Positions 22,661 through 35,419 of a stretch of DNA of 64,000 nt are shown here, piece after piece. Positions within the stretch are counted from its first letter, which is position 1. Every line of letters begins with the position of its first letter. The translations under genes and the position numbers were made by a program. The notes under the pieces were generated by a model. That model saw only the letters and a list, made by a program, of their open reading frames with translations, had not been told where the DNA came from and did not search any database. The stretch comes from Camelus ferus (lineage: Eukaryota): positions 52,578,001 to 52,642,000 of the forward strand of contig NC_045707.1 of assembly GCF_009834535.1 (NCBI RefSeq), given 5' to 3'.

Positions 22661-24659
22661 AACAGGGCCCACGAGGGTCCAGAGCCCCCGCTCAGGACGT
22701 CGGAGGTGGTGCCATCTCTTGCAGCTGTCCCTGTCCGCCCCGGCCTCGCCGGCCAGCCTGGCTCCGAGGCCTTGCCTCGCCCCGATCTGTGGCGTGTGTG
22801 TGTTACCGGACTCCAGACTGATGTCTTGGAATCCCTGACCTCATGGTCTGCTCACTCCTGCTTTTCCACCCCAGGCTTGTCCTCCACCTCCTGGGGTGAC
22901 TTTGTGCCCCAGGCAGTGAACCACAGCCGTTATGCTCAGACACAATAACCTGAAATCTGAAACTTGACGCACAGGCCTTAACAACCGAGCAGAGAACCTC
23001 GGAGCGCATTTTATCTCCAGACTCTGCTAACACATTAATTGTCATGCGCACAACTTCAGTCTTCTGACCTCATCTCCAAAGGGCTGTCCCAATCTTTCTC
23101 TAGTCAATGTGTTACTGCTGAAGGATCCAGATGGCTGCTGATTTAATCCAATTGCTAAGCAAGGGAAGAAAGAGTCTAAACCTACTCATTTCTGAAACAA
23201 ATCTCAATTTAGGAAGCGAGCTTACCCTGCCTAAAATATTGCGAACATCTTGATGGGTCGGACTGGATCAGTGCATCTTCAAATCACCCAGAAGGAGGGG
23301 TTTTGCAGAGCATCTGGCTAATATGGAGCATAAGAGGCAGTAATTTCATACCCACCAAAGCCAAACGTGGGGGAAAGTTTTGTGCATGGTGTGGACCATT
23401 AGTCTGGGTCTGGAGGGAGAAGGTCTGAGGCCTCAGCTAGCTTACCTCTCTGGCTAAGATAAGGACTGGGAGAAATGATTTCCACAGCCCCTTCCCATCC
23501 TAAAATGCTGCGGTTTTAATATTTTTACCATTCAATTAATAATAAACCAGTCTCTCATTCATATACTTAAACCAAATATCTTATAAACGTAGCAATTTCC
23601 TTTCTGAACTTAGCAATAGCCCTGATTATTAAAATAGCTTGCCCTCTCTTGCACACACATGCAGCCATGTTTTACAAGCCAGAGGAGTGTGAACTGGGAG
23701 GAAAGAAACGACTAACCTTAAGCCAAAATGTAATATCATTTCAGTTCATTATGTGGCCTGAAAACTCACTCCTCTGAATTCAGAGTCGTGGGAGATATTT
23801 AAAATGTCAAGTGAGAAATGACAGCACAAACTGCAGATTGAGTTAGGTTTTCAAAATTGATTAGCAGTTTGGGGCCACGCGAGCAATTTGCATGGTGTTT
23901 TCACTCTGTGAGTTGCTAGAATTGATTAGCACTTTTTGAAGAAGGTAGAGCAGATTGCTGCGCTAATCAAGGTAAATTAAATCGTGAAACGACTTGATTA
24001 CCACGCCCTGGCACCCTCAGCTCTGGTTTGGAAGACGGTCTTCCATTAGAGCAGCACGTAAACTTTGCTCTCTTCCATTCCTTCCTTTTGTTGTGGGGAT
24101 TTGGGGTAAATGAGAAAAGTCATTCACGCTTTTCACCTTTATGATTTCTCAGTCTTTCAGGGAAAAAAAAATCAGCTATCATTTGAGAAGGTGCAAGTAT
24201 CTATGCTGCTCTCCACTGCAAAGATTTGCATTTTACCATTTTGTTATTAAATTGCTTTCATTTGGCAAATGGTTTTAACTGTGGTCCCATTGGCCTGGAG
24301 CCCTATGATTTGTGGATTGCAGTGTGGAGCGCTGAGGGTGTGGCTTCCCCATCAGACTGGAGGCTGGGCATGTCAACATGGGCGCGTGGTTTTTGTGATT
24401 GTCCTGGACATGCTTTTGTCTAGAAAGAGAGTGTCCTCTCCCCACATGTTCACCTCTTCTTGTGCTTCAATTCCATATTCTTAGGACATTTCGAACAATT
24501 AATGGAATATTAAAAGTAAATATCCAACTTAATTAAATTCCATACAACTTAGCAATTGAAACGGTATGGGGTCTCGTTCTGCCAACAATTCAGGTCAAAT
24601 CAGTAAAAAAAAAAAAAAACCCCAAAAAACAAGCAATTTTAGTTTGGGGTTATCTGGGG

Positions 24660-24852
24660 CCCTGTATTCTCAGACTGTTGTAGGACTGGCTGGGTACCAG
24701 TCACCTGTTAGGCATGAGGCTCCCCAGACTCACCTTCCCTCTTCACTCCCTGGAGAACCTGGGTTCATAGGGTTGGGGTGGCGATCGGAAGTCTGTCCTG
24801 CCCGTAAACTCCACACGTCTGACTGACCTGCCCCCGACTTTGAGAACCAGTG
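24660..24852. mobile_element. MER5-like hAT-Charlie MITE, degraded
   Basis: Ends ctgtattctcagact and actttgagaaccagtg resemble MER5 terminal repeats. Length about 190 bp. Confidence 0.45.
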
Positions 24853-25069
24853 ACTTCGTCCAATGTCCTCACTTAACAGACAAAACCCTAATTTCCAAAG
24901 AGATAAAGTACGAGTCATAGAGAAGGCTTCACAGTCTAGCCTGCCTTTTTTATTTTCGATACTGGAATTTTAAAGCTAACGGCACGTGTCTAGTTTGACT
25001 ACAAAGCTGAAAAAGGGACGCTGCACTGCTGAGCGCCGGCCTTCCCTGGGGGCACGTCCAGCACAGACA

Positions 25070-25230
25070 GAGCGCTGGTGCTGGAGTCAGGTGGCCTGGG
25101 CCCGAGTCCCTGCCCGGTCCCTCATGGAGCCCTGGAGGAGGCCACTTCAACACTCCGAGCCTCTGTTTCTGGTTTATCAGGTAAGGACAGTCATATGCCT
25201 ACTCATCTTACAGGCTGGTCGATCATCAAG
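25070..25230 (+). mobile_element. MIR SINE fragment
   Basis: ctggagtcag..cctgggcccgagtccc..cacttcaacactccgagcctctgtttct. Confidence 0.6.
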
Positions 25231-27062
25231 TTAAACAGAAACACATCATAAACCACTGCTTCTATTAAAATGACTTAACTGGCTGAGTATTTCCAGCTCA
25301 GCTTTGAGTAGCTAGAGTCTGCTTCTACAGAGGGGATGTAATGGGCTGACAGTGTGAGTATCAGAGAAGTTATTTGAAGCTTGTGTGACACACGTAGTCG
25401 GAGGACGTTCCATGCCACACACCGACTCTGAGTCTCCGTCCACAGCAGGGAGACGTGGGATTCCCGGGGCTCTCAGACCACGGCGAGCGTTATGCCTCCT
25501 GGTGAGGCGTCGGCAAACCTCTTGCTGTTTTAAGCTTCACCCATGAGCCCAGGTGAAGCCCAGAAGCAGCAGCTCTGGATGGAGAGGCTGAGAGGGAACT
25601 TGAATCCAGAAGGTTTTCTTATTTGACAGTCTCTAGATTTCAGTTACTTCACCAGAAGAAGGGCATTTCTCAGTTTTAACCAAACACAACACACTCAGTG
25701 TGTCATCTGCTAAATTTTAAGAAGGAAATGCCATCTCCGGGGTGTGAACTCTTAGACATACTTCAGCACTCCTGACCCCTGCCCGCATGAGCCGGTAACC
25801 CCTCCGCAGCGTGAGTAGAGTGTGTGTCCTGAAGCAGATCCTCACGGCTGCTTTTGAGGAAGTAGAACTAAATTCTGTTCACCAGTCTTTCCCTAATTTG
25901 GCCCTTGTTGAAATCAATGCCTGATGTTGCACTGATGTATAAGGAAGACTCCCCTAAGTGTACCCCAGTGACAAACTGATGAAGCATTAGTGTTGGCTGA
26001 GAGAGTGATTCCGAACACGCAGCCATCGTAACATGCTAACGGAATTCCACTCCGGTTCAGAATTGAACACCTGGAAATCACTTAATGTCTCACTGGAAAA
26101 GAGCTCAGAGGAACCTCAGGAGGACTTCCAGCCTAAGAAAACTCACGCAAATATTAAACTACAATTTCCAGAAGACAGTTGCCCCCAGTTTGGGTTTATA
26201 CATGTAAAAAAATTGTAGGAAATTCAACCAGGTCTGGAATTGGGCTGGATGGGACATATTTGAAATAGAGGCAGCTCAAGGTTAACATTTGAAGCCTTCA
26301 AAATTCTGAACAACTTGAGACCTGAGAGTGGTTCCATGGCTCCTTCCCCCACCACACCTACCACATAAAGTGCGCGTCACTCAAGCATCCTTGTTGAGAG
26401 AGAGAACTCAGACTCGAGCGATCAGCTCCTCACAGCATCACCTCTTCCTCCCCGTCCCCTTCCCCTCCTCCCCTCCTTTCTCTGTTGTCACTGGAGGCTC
26501 CAGACCTCATCAGCCCCCTTTTCACAGAGGAAAGAGAGGTTAAGTGCATGTCCACCCAGAGAGTAGGTAACGAAGCTCAATGTTGTGTCCCAGGTAAGCC
26601 CTTAGCCACAGTCTCCTCGTTTGAAAACTGTAAAAATTGAGAAAGGGACACATGCTAGTTCTAGTTTTGAGTCTGTGTGTCCTGTGTCCCCCGCAGAGAA
26701 TGCCCTCCCCGCTTTTTCTCGGTTTGGAATCTCTCCTCCTGCTCATCCTTAAAGACAAGGTCCCGTGCCCCTCTCAGTCCCACCCCCCGGGATGGGTCCT
26801 TGCTGGGCACTGCGAGTCTGTCCCTGGTCTGTGCTACTTATCCACACCTGCCCTGGTGTCACCTGTTCTCTCCTCTCTGATACCATTTCTGACCCTTCCC
26901 TGTATCTGCGACAACCAAACGCAGTTGTCAAGGGTGGACACTTGATAAAAGTCAGTCCAACTCACTGTCAAAGGCAGCATATTTTCAGATCCTTGCAATC
27001 AAGGCTTCTTGGGTAGTAAGTAAAAATGTACATTTTGGGTTTCTCTACACCCACTCTGTAAT

Positions 27063-27457
27063 CAGTGGGGATACGCTGCCGCTCACAGTGGTTCACGAGA
27101 CTGCCTGTTAAATGTTCAGGAATTTTGTGAGCCATTAATAAAAATTAAATTGGGTAAACTTACAATGAAATGCATTTTATTAAAAAACAAAGGAATACAC
27201 TAAAATATTATATATTTCTTAATTATTTTTAGATTTACTAATAGCTCTGCTGTTGAAATTACTCGTAGGTACTGCATAAGTGTGGTGGAAACTCTACACA
27301 GTGGTGGTTTCCTGTGTTTGTGTCTCTTCCCAACTCCGCAACAGGTGATGTCAGGCTAGTCGCTTGCAATCTGTCAGGGTGGGAGTATTTGCCTCTGAGA
27401 AATTGGCAAAGCTACAAATCTTGGGCCCTTCCACCCCCAGGGACAAGCACACTACTG
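27063..27457 (+). mobile_element. MER63-like hAT (Blackjack) non-autonomous transposon
   Basis: Termini cagtgg... and ...agcacactactg. Internal blocks tgttaaatgttcaggaattttgtgagcc, tctcttcccaactccgc and gggagtattt..aattggcaaagctacaaatc. Confidence 0.8.
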
Positions 27458-30390
27458 ATTTATTCTGAAATCAGTTCTGCCTCATCCAGATTGAGCACTC
27501 TCATTTTTTACATTTTCAAATTAACTAAAATCACAACAGAATTCTCCCTATGCACAGATTGAAAATATTCAATGATTTAAAATAAATAAAAGCGCGTTTT
27601 AGAATTAAAGAGGCAATGAATACCATTATCTTCTTGAACTAATTAGAAGTCAGAGTAGCCTCTTGCAGCACTGCAAGGTCATGATAATAAATTCAGTTTC
27701 CATTATACGATCTGGAAAAATAATCTCTATCATTTGAACTTTCAGGTTCTCCAGGGCTGAGAATGACAGGGGTCCTGCTTATAATTTTCCACCAGAATAC
27801 AGAATGAATAAAATAGAGAGCATGTTACTGTCAGCTGAACCAACATACTAAAAATACTTTTTAAGAGGAAAAAAAAATGCTTAAATGCTGCATTTAGTGA
27901 TTTAATACCGAACCAAGATGAAGCAATGAAAAAGCCTATGGGCTGCCTCAAGGGATTACTTCTGTATCTGGTTTATTCCTACCCGCCCCTTCCCCGTGTC
28001 TTCTTTGTGCTTCCTTTTTGAGAAAGCCTTTCTCCGAAGGTTTAGACTTTGAGAAATAACGCAGACAAGGTTTTAAGAGAAGCAACGATCCACCAGCAGA
28101 TTATCTGTCGTAATTCACTTGAAGTGTTCACGTGGGGTTATTTGGGGTGAAGTGATGCAGGAATCCCTCTGTGCACGGTAGGTGCTGCCTTTGAATGTGA
28201 GGTTGGCATCTTCGGCAAGAAAGGCAAAGTGACAACAGAAAAGCAGTCCTGTCTTCTTTCCGAAAGTTGAGAGCAATTGAAGATTTTCTTTTCAGACACT
28301 TACTCCTGGTTTCCCTAATTAGTCTCCATTGTTGTCCTCTCTTATTCTCTCAACAATAACTCTTTCCTTCTTAACATCTGCCTACTTAAGTGGGATGTGA
28401 CCCAGTTTGGGGTGACAATCTGTACGGGAATTTTATGAACATTGCTCACTGTAAATAAAAGGCACGCGGAGAAGTATGATTTATGTAACTGGCTTTTTTT
28501 TTTTTATGAAGTAGAGATCAGGTCATTCTCTCAAAAAATACATCCTCTCAACCAGCAGGTACTTCCTGATTAAAAAAATCATTGATCAAACACCTTTCTT
28601 GATAGCAGAGCAGTGAAGGAGATTTTAGCAAACAAAATGTTTAATTTATCTCTATGCTTCTGTTTCCAACATAAATCCACTCATTTTGTCTTCTATCCAA
28701 TACTTTACCACTAAAATGCTCAAAGATGCTACATTCTGTAGAATTATCCTTTGAGCAAGTTTCTGAAGGAAACACTTGTATGCAATCCAGCATAAAGGGT
28801 TATTTTGTGGGCTTTAATAAAGAGGGTTTGGTAGGCGTTCCAGTGCGAAGAGAATAGAGCTCAAATAATCTGGGTGCCCTGGGAAAGCCTGACACAAAGA
28901 GGCCAATGAGCAGCGCTCCCACCTCAGTGTCCTGTTTCCTAGGCCTGGGTCTGCCGTGGAAGGTCAAGGGTTGGTCCTGGCTTTGGGGGACCCATCCTGA
29001 GCTGTGGGATTGGATGCTCTGCCCCAGGGGTCTCCACTATGTGTGGTGAAGCTCTTTTTAATTGGCTTGAATCACCGAGCACACAGGGGAGCAGGGTTCC
29101 CATGCAGAGGGAAGAGGGAGGGGGTCCGCACACAGCTGCCCATTCTATGAACGTCCTACAATGTTGGTGCTCGGGGCAGGTGCCAGAGAGACAGATGCCA
29201 AGAGCAAGACAGTCCAGATGAGGCAGGGAAAGCTTTAGGTCCAGCAGGGTGCCTCCTGGCACAAGGAAAACAGGTATGTTGGAAGCACAACACACAAGTA
29301 CAGTCCTGTCTGGGTGGGGTATCAGCTCTCCCATGTGACCTTCAACAAAGCATCCACTCACCCTAAGCCTCCATTTCAGCACCTGTGAAGAGGGGACAGC
29401 AGCTCTGTTTCCTGCACCAGGAGCCTGATGAAAAGGGCCTGGACATTCTCTGTAAACAGCCACGTGCTCTCAAATCACAAGGTCTTGTTAGTTGTTTGGA
29501 AACTGTCTTCCAGAGGCACATCACTGGGGGAGAAGGTGGGACTGACTTTGCAGGGTCTGGAGAAAGGCCTGGTAGGCTACCCTTGGAAGAGGCAATTTTA
29601 GAGAAACTAGATCCACTGGGAAGTCTGCAGGAGCTCCGTCAGCTGGGAAGCCCCTGAAATAAGTCCTTGGCCCTGGAGAACTGGGGACCTCCCCTGCCTT
29701 AAAGTGAAGATGCTGCCACGAGCGTAAGTGCTGACTGCGGCAGGTGCCTGATGGGCCCACGCAGAGAGCCGGGCAGCGGAGAGGGCGAGCGGTGCCGCGG
29801 GGGCCTCGTCAACGAGGTGGTCAATGCCCCCACTGCCCTGCGCACGCCTGCGAGGGGAGCCGAGCCTCTCCCACGGCAGGAGTCGGCCAGCCCTCAGCCA
29901 CCAGGAGGGTTCTCTTCCTGAGATCCAGTTCCAGCTGCCTTGCCCCAGGCGGGATCCCGAGAAAGTGAGAAGCAATTTCCTCCGTACTCATCGTGAATGG
30001 ATTTTTATTACCCCTTTCTCAGATGACTCAGAAAAAAAAAAAAAATGGCGGAGAAAAAAAGCCATTTGCTGGAAAAAAACGTAAGAAATGCACTCACTCT
30101 CTGGTGCCAAATGCTTTTTGACAGGGAGATACTTAGATTGAAAACTCCCCGTGGCAGTAGCAGGGGATTTGGAGGGCAGAGCAGACTCTGGTCTGAGCCG
30201 TGCCTGTTGAGTGTCCGGAGGCTGCATCAGGGCAGTTTCAGGGACAAAGCACCACAAACAAGCCCCCGTGAGTAGCACAGCCGGGGCAGGGTCAGGGAGA
30301 AGCCTTGTCCTTCTCCGCTGGGACAGTCCCCAGGGCAGCCTCAAACTAGCCCAGGACACTTTGCATCCACTTACTGCCCAGGACCCCGAT

Positions 30391-30772
30391 GAACTGCTCC
30401 TACTCAGAGCCCTCCATGCCCAGGTCCCCCTGTCCCCACCCAGAGCCCTCCCCGCCCAGGTCCTCCTGTCCCCACCCAGAGCCCTCCCCGCCCAGGTCCT
30501 CCTGTCCCCATGCAAAGCCCTCCCTGCCCAGGTCCCCCTGTCACCACCTAGAGCCCTCCCCGCCCAGGTCCTCCTGTCCCCACCCAGAGCCCTCCCCACC
30601 CAGGTCCTCCTGTCCCCACCCAGAACCCTCCCCGCCCAGGTCCTCCTGTCCCCACCCAGAGCCCTCCCCGCCCAGGTCCTCCTGTCCCCATGCAAAGCCC
30701 TCCCCACCCAGGTCCTCCTGTCCCCACCCAGAGCCCTCCCCGCCCAGGTCCTCCTGTCCCCACCCAGGGCCC
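30391..30772 (+). repeat. 36-bp minisatellite, about 10.5 copies, C-rich on plus
   Basis: Unit CCACCCAGAGCCCTCCCCGCCCAGGTCCTCCTGTCC, visible as the repeating 12-aa period PPRALPAQVLLS in the ORF track. Confidence 0.97.
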
Positions 30773-31170
30773 TTTAAACATCGATGGTCCATTTTCAGTT
30801 TTGAACAGCACACCACACCTACTTTCGTGTTCCTGGCTGAGCTTTATAAAGTCTGACATGGGCAATGGGTCTGACCAGCCTGACCTCAGCACCCACGGGA
30901 AGGGACCACAGGGGATTCAGCCTCCACACACACAGTCTCTCCTTGCTGGACTCTTTCAAGACTGAAGGACTCTGAAACTTGTGAACCTGTCTGACCCGCC
31001 CTGTGCCTGTGCACAGCGTCCAGCCAGAGGGATGAGATGAAGGAACGTCTCATGACAGTTTCTCCAAAATGCCAGCCACCACAAGCTCACCCACCCCTGG
31101 CCTGCCCTCTGAGCAAGAGGAGGAGAAAATGGAGGTACTGGGATCCCAGTGTGTTCACAGAAAGGGATTT

Positions 31171-31518
31171 CACATACACGCAGCATGCATGTATGTGTGC
31201 AAACATACATGTGCCCACACAAATGCACACTCATGCACACACACGGAACATGCATACTTGTGTGCACACTCATGTACACACACAGAACATGCATGCATGT
31301 GTACACAATGCACCTGCACACACATGAGCTGTGTACACACAGATACATGCACACAGCACACTCATACAACATGCATACATGTGCACGCATACACATGCAC
31401 TCTTGTGTACACACATACACAGGCACACACATGCTACATGCATACACACATATACACGTGTGCACATGTACTACATGCACGCACGCGCAAGCAGATACAT
31501 ACACATGCACACACACAC
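31171..31518. repeat. Degenerate (CA/TG/CATG) alternating purine-pyrimidine low-complexity tract
   Basis: About 350 bp of cacatacacgcagcatgcatgtatgtgtgc...acacacac. Confidence 0.92.
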
Positions 31519-32617
31519 TCGTGCTCACCCTTTAAACACAGTCTCCTAAATCCCAAATGTGACTCTGCTGATGCAGAAAGGGGCTGTAACAGCTGGGAAG
31601 CAGTTGCTGTGATGGGTCAGCTCATAGTTTCTACAACAGTGACTCTGAATTCTTGCACATATGTTCATTTTCTCTTTATTTTTCACATCATAATTTACTT
31701 TCTTGCCCAAACTAAAGACAAGCTGTCAGTCCAAGCTGACAAATCTGCCCGCCTTGCTCCAGGCCTTCTCTGTGAAGCTGCACTTCCAACATCTGTCCTT
31801 GAGTGACCTTCCAAACCAGAATGCAAAGCCTTCACTGGGGTCCATGGACGAGAGTGGGCAGCTGGGCTCTCGCCGTCGGCCTCCCTCCTCCCTCAGCTGC
31901 TCTCCTTTCCTAATCTAATATCCCCTGAACTACAGCCTCATCCAGGACACAAATGTGTCTGCAAGGTGTCCCTCTGGACCTTGGGCCAGGCGTGTCAGAG
32001 CAGCTGGCCATCATTCTGCTCCCTGCGCACCAGCTTCTCAGAGGAAAGCGCTCCCGGAAGGAGATAGGACCGAGGGCAGTCAGAGCAGCTGACGGCCACG
32101 CACCTCGGCCGCCCTTCTAGCCAAATGCTCATGATCACCAGCGTAAATCTGCTGCATAGCCTCTGGTTTTCCTTCCTTGCTTGTCACAGGCCAAAGAAAC
32201 ATTTCAGAGCATGCACAAGAACTGTAGTCTCCAGCCTTTAACTCAGATATTTTTAGGGTCAAGAATTTCCAATTTTCAAAAGCAATCAACTAACCAGGGA
32301 CCAGAGTCTCCGTTTCCTAGACCTGTTGTCGCTTTCAGTACAGTCAGCAAAGAAACCGAAGGAAAGCCTGGTGGGTGTGAGGGAGCAAAGGTGTTTGCAG
32401 GTTGGAAAAGTTGAAATACCATCAGCCAGTTGAGGTGGCTGTACTTCAGGGAGAGGAGCCTATTCAGCTCTGCTTCAGAAAATGCAAAACGAGCCAGGGG
32501 ATCTTTTTATTGCAAGTCAGGAAACAGCGAATACATTTGCTTTGTCAGTATTTGACAATTCACCGGCTTCTCACTTCTTTCATTCTCTTTTGTGAGTTCA
32601 CCTCCAGCAGTTTCAGC

Positions 32618-32765
32618 AAAGGGACCTGGGCAGGGAGGGCTCCGGGTGGGGACAGGAGGACCTGGGCAGGGAGGGCTCCGGGTGAGGACATGGGACCTGG
32701 GCGGGGAGGGTTCTGGGTGGGGACAGGGGGACTGGAGCAAGGAGGGCTCTGGGTGGGAGCAGTTC
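32618..32765 (-). repeat. Inverted copy of the 36-bp minisatellite, about 4 copies
   Basis: Reverse complement reads GAACTGCTCCCACCCAGAGCCCTCCTTGCTCCAGTCCCCCTGTCCCCACCCAGAACCCTCCCCGCCCAGGTCC..., the same unit and the same start as 30391. Confidence 0.93.
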
Positions 32766-34071
32766 AGAGCGGCAGGTCTCACTCTCAGGGGCCGTGAAGG
32801 TATTTCATCAGCTTCTCCGGCTCTCCACCTGCCCCCCACCCCCCAACACTCCCCAGAGCCCAGAAAGAGCGCACCCCTCCCAGACACAGAGATGTGCCCC
32901 CGGGCACACCACTAAGTGGCCAGACTCAGAGAAGAACGAGCAGATTGCTGCCTAAACTGACACCTTGTTGCAGTAATCCACCCCAGCCTCCTAAGGCTTT
33001 ATCCTTAGAAAGCAATCTGTTTGCAGACAGACCTGGACTCTGCTAAGAAACCAAAACCAACCAAGAAATAACCTAACAACGTCGTATCCTTTTTCCTAAA
33101 AGAAAAGAACAAACAAAAAGCACTTTCTCTGGGGAATGAAGTCATTGATGTGTTTGTCATTGAAAATTGTTTCTGTTTCTACTGGGGTTTTATGAGCAGA
33201 GCTCCCTCTGTTATGACCTCGGAGCTGACAGTCGAAGGGGAATCATTTTAACCAGAAAAACCACTCAGCCAGGAGGCTTGGGTTACCAATGTCATGCAAG
33301 CAATCTCGTATTTACAATGAAAGGTAATACACACTAATATGTATCAATTAAGAAGGCAATGATTTAATAAGCACATAACTGCTCTTTGAAAATACGGTTA
33401 AGTGAGATGGAGTGCTTAGGTAAATTTTTACGAGAAATTAGACTGTAGCCAATTGACCAAAATGTCACAGATAGCTTTGTAGATACTCAGGCTGCAGGCT
33501 GAAGTCCCAGAGAAACCATCATATCCGAGATTAGTTTCAAATAAAAGAGTATTGGAAATGTCACAACATCTTTTTTATTTGACAGATATTTGGGGCTTTT
33601 AACAATATTAAAGCTGCTATAGAGAGATCCTTTATTTATTAAAAGATCCTTCATCTGGCAGCCTTTAAAATCCCAGTAATAAATGTAACTGAAAATGGTT
33701 AGCTTATGTCTAAAATAAATATGTGACTGTTTCGGGCTATGTATCTCCAATTTTTAGCTAGAAAGCAAGCCCTTTCTGTCTCTCTGAGTGCAGACACGCA
33801 TGTACACACGTCCCAGCACGTGCACCTGTGGGTGTGTGTGACTTACAGAGAGCTCCCTTCAGCATTGCATACGGTCCCTCCTGAAATTCTACACAAACTT
33901 TATGTATACGTGTATTCTTCAGAGGAGAGCCCTTCAAAAGGGCTCAAAATATCCCCAAAAGTTAGCACAAATGCAGTTTGTTTTTTGAGGATGCGAGCTC
34001 ATGAGTGACAGAGTACTTTATTCATAGCTGCTGCCCCATGAGAGAACAAGGGGCTGGGGGAAGCAGGGTTC

Positions 34072-34310
34072 CTGATGGGTAGTTTAAGTGTCAATGTGGC
34101 TGGACCTCAGAGCCCAGATATTTGGTCAAACATTATTCTGGATGTTTCTATCCAGGGGTAATTTTTGGGTGAGGTTAAAATTCAGATCAGTGGTCACTGA
34201 GGAAAGCATATTATCCTGCATAAAGTGGGTGGGCCTCATCCAAGCAGTTGAAGATCTGGATGGAACAAAAGTTCGACCTTGAGCAGCACTCATTTCCCAG
34301 CGAGGGTCTT
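34072..34310 (+). mobile_element. MLT2 (ERVL) LTR 5' part
   Basis: gcccagatatttggtcaaacattattctggatgtttct...gtgggtgggcctcatccaagcagttgaag...gaacaaaag. Confidence 0.88.
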
Positions 34311-35419
34311 TGTAATCGCAGCTCACAGTGGACCCCACTCTCACAGTGCTTGCCTTTGACTGAGGGGCTACCTTGCCCAAGGTTGCGCCTCATTTAGGGG
34401 CAGCCTGCAGGCGATGCCCTGAGCCTCTGCCCTCAGTGGGCATCTCTGCAGTCTCCTTTCAGCCCAGAGCTCCCACGGGATTGGCAGAGCCTTTGATGCA
34501 ATGGCATCCAGCACCTTTCAGGCACCTGGCCTCAGTGCACTCACCGTGATGCAGACTTCCTGCCTGCAAGCCTCGGTCTCACGTCGGCTCCTCCGGCTCA
34601 CTCTGCACCGCACCCCAGAAAAGGCGACTCAGCTGGCTTTCCTGTTGTGCTCATATGTTTCAAGAGCTGATTTTGGATCTCACGTGAAAAATAGCAAGAG
34701 AGCAACATTTCTTTTCAAAATTATGACTTTGTATCTTGGAAAATGCTAATGATCACGTGTGGGTGGTGAATCCAGTTGTGTTGTGCTCAGGTGTCCCCTC
34801 GTGGGCTTGTTCAGGGTGCTTGCTGCACACGGCATGCTTCCTTAGTGCAGGCACATGTCCAAAAAATTAACACTCAGAGCTTCAGCATTAATAGAGGTGT
34901 TGCCTGCAAAACAGGCAAGTCTTTGAGGAATGATTTTCTTTCTATAATTTAAAAAAGTTAAAAAAAACCTCAATGGAAGAAACATTTTTAGCACCCGAGA
35001 GACCACCAGTGACAAATGACTGTGTCTCTATTCCAGTTATTTCTGCTGATGGAGTTTGCTTAAGAAACATTTCTAAGATGTCTTTTTTTTTAAGTTAGTA
35101 TAAAGGAAACTCTAACAATACCTGCAAATATCAGATATTGGAATTTGAATGTTTGCAAAGAGAAATCATGGATGACTATACAACTAGATCCCCTGGAGCA
35201 TCAGAAGAAATAAAGGAAGCGGAGAAGCTGTAACCACTTGCAGCTTTGGGAAAAGTGTGTAAGCAAATACTGGGTCAGGTGCTCGTTTAATTTCTGAGAT
35301 GTCTCAGACCTGAGATGTGCCCTTTCCTGCTCACATATAGAAATGGAGGGAGAAGCTATATGTTTTAGAGCTTGGTGCTGGGAGACACTTACTGAGCTTG
35401 GCTCTGTCTCTCTAACATG

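Noticed and set aside
28939..29463. 174-aa minus-strand ORF
   Set aside because: Overlaps a MIR-like segment (about 29340-29420) and has no protein-family features.
30391..30772. CRISPR array (36-bp repeats)
   Set aside because: Units are head-to-tail with no unique spacers, there are no cas genes, and the context is mammalian.
29988..30892. Long ORFs of 114-239 aa on both strands
   Set aside because: They are stop-free readings of a 36-bp repeat, open in several frames at once.
30956..31806. His/Thr/Cys-rich ORFs of 190-245 aa
   Set aside because: Translations of the CA/TG low-complexity tract.
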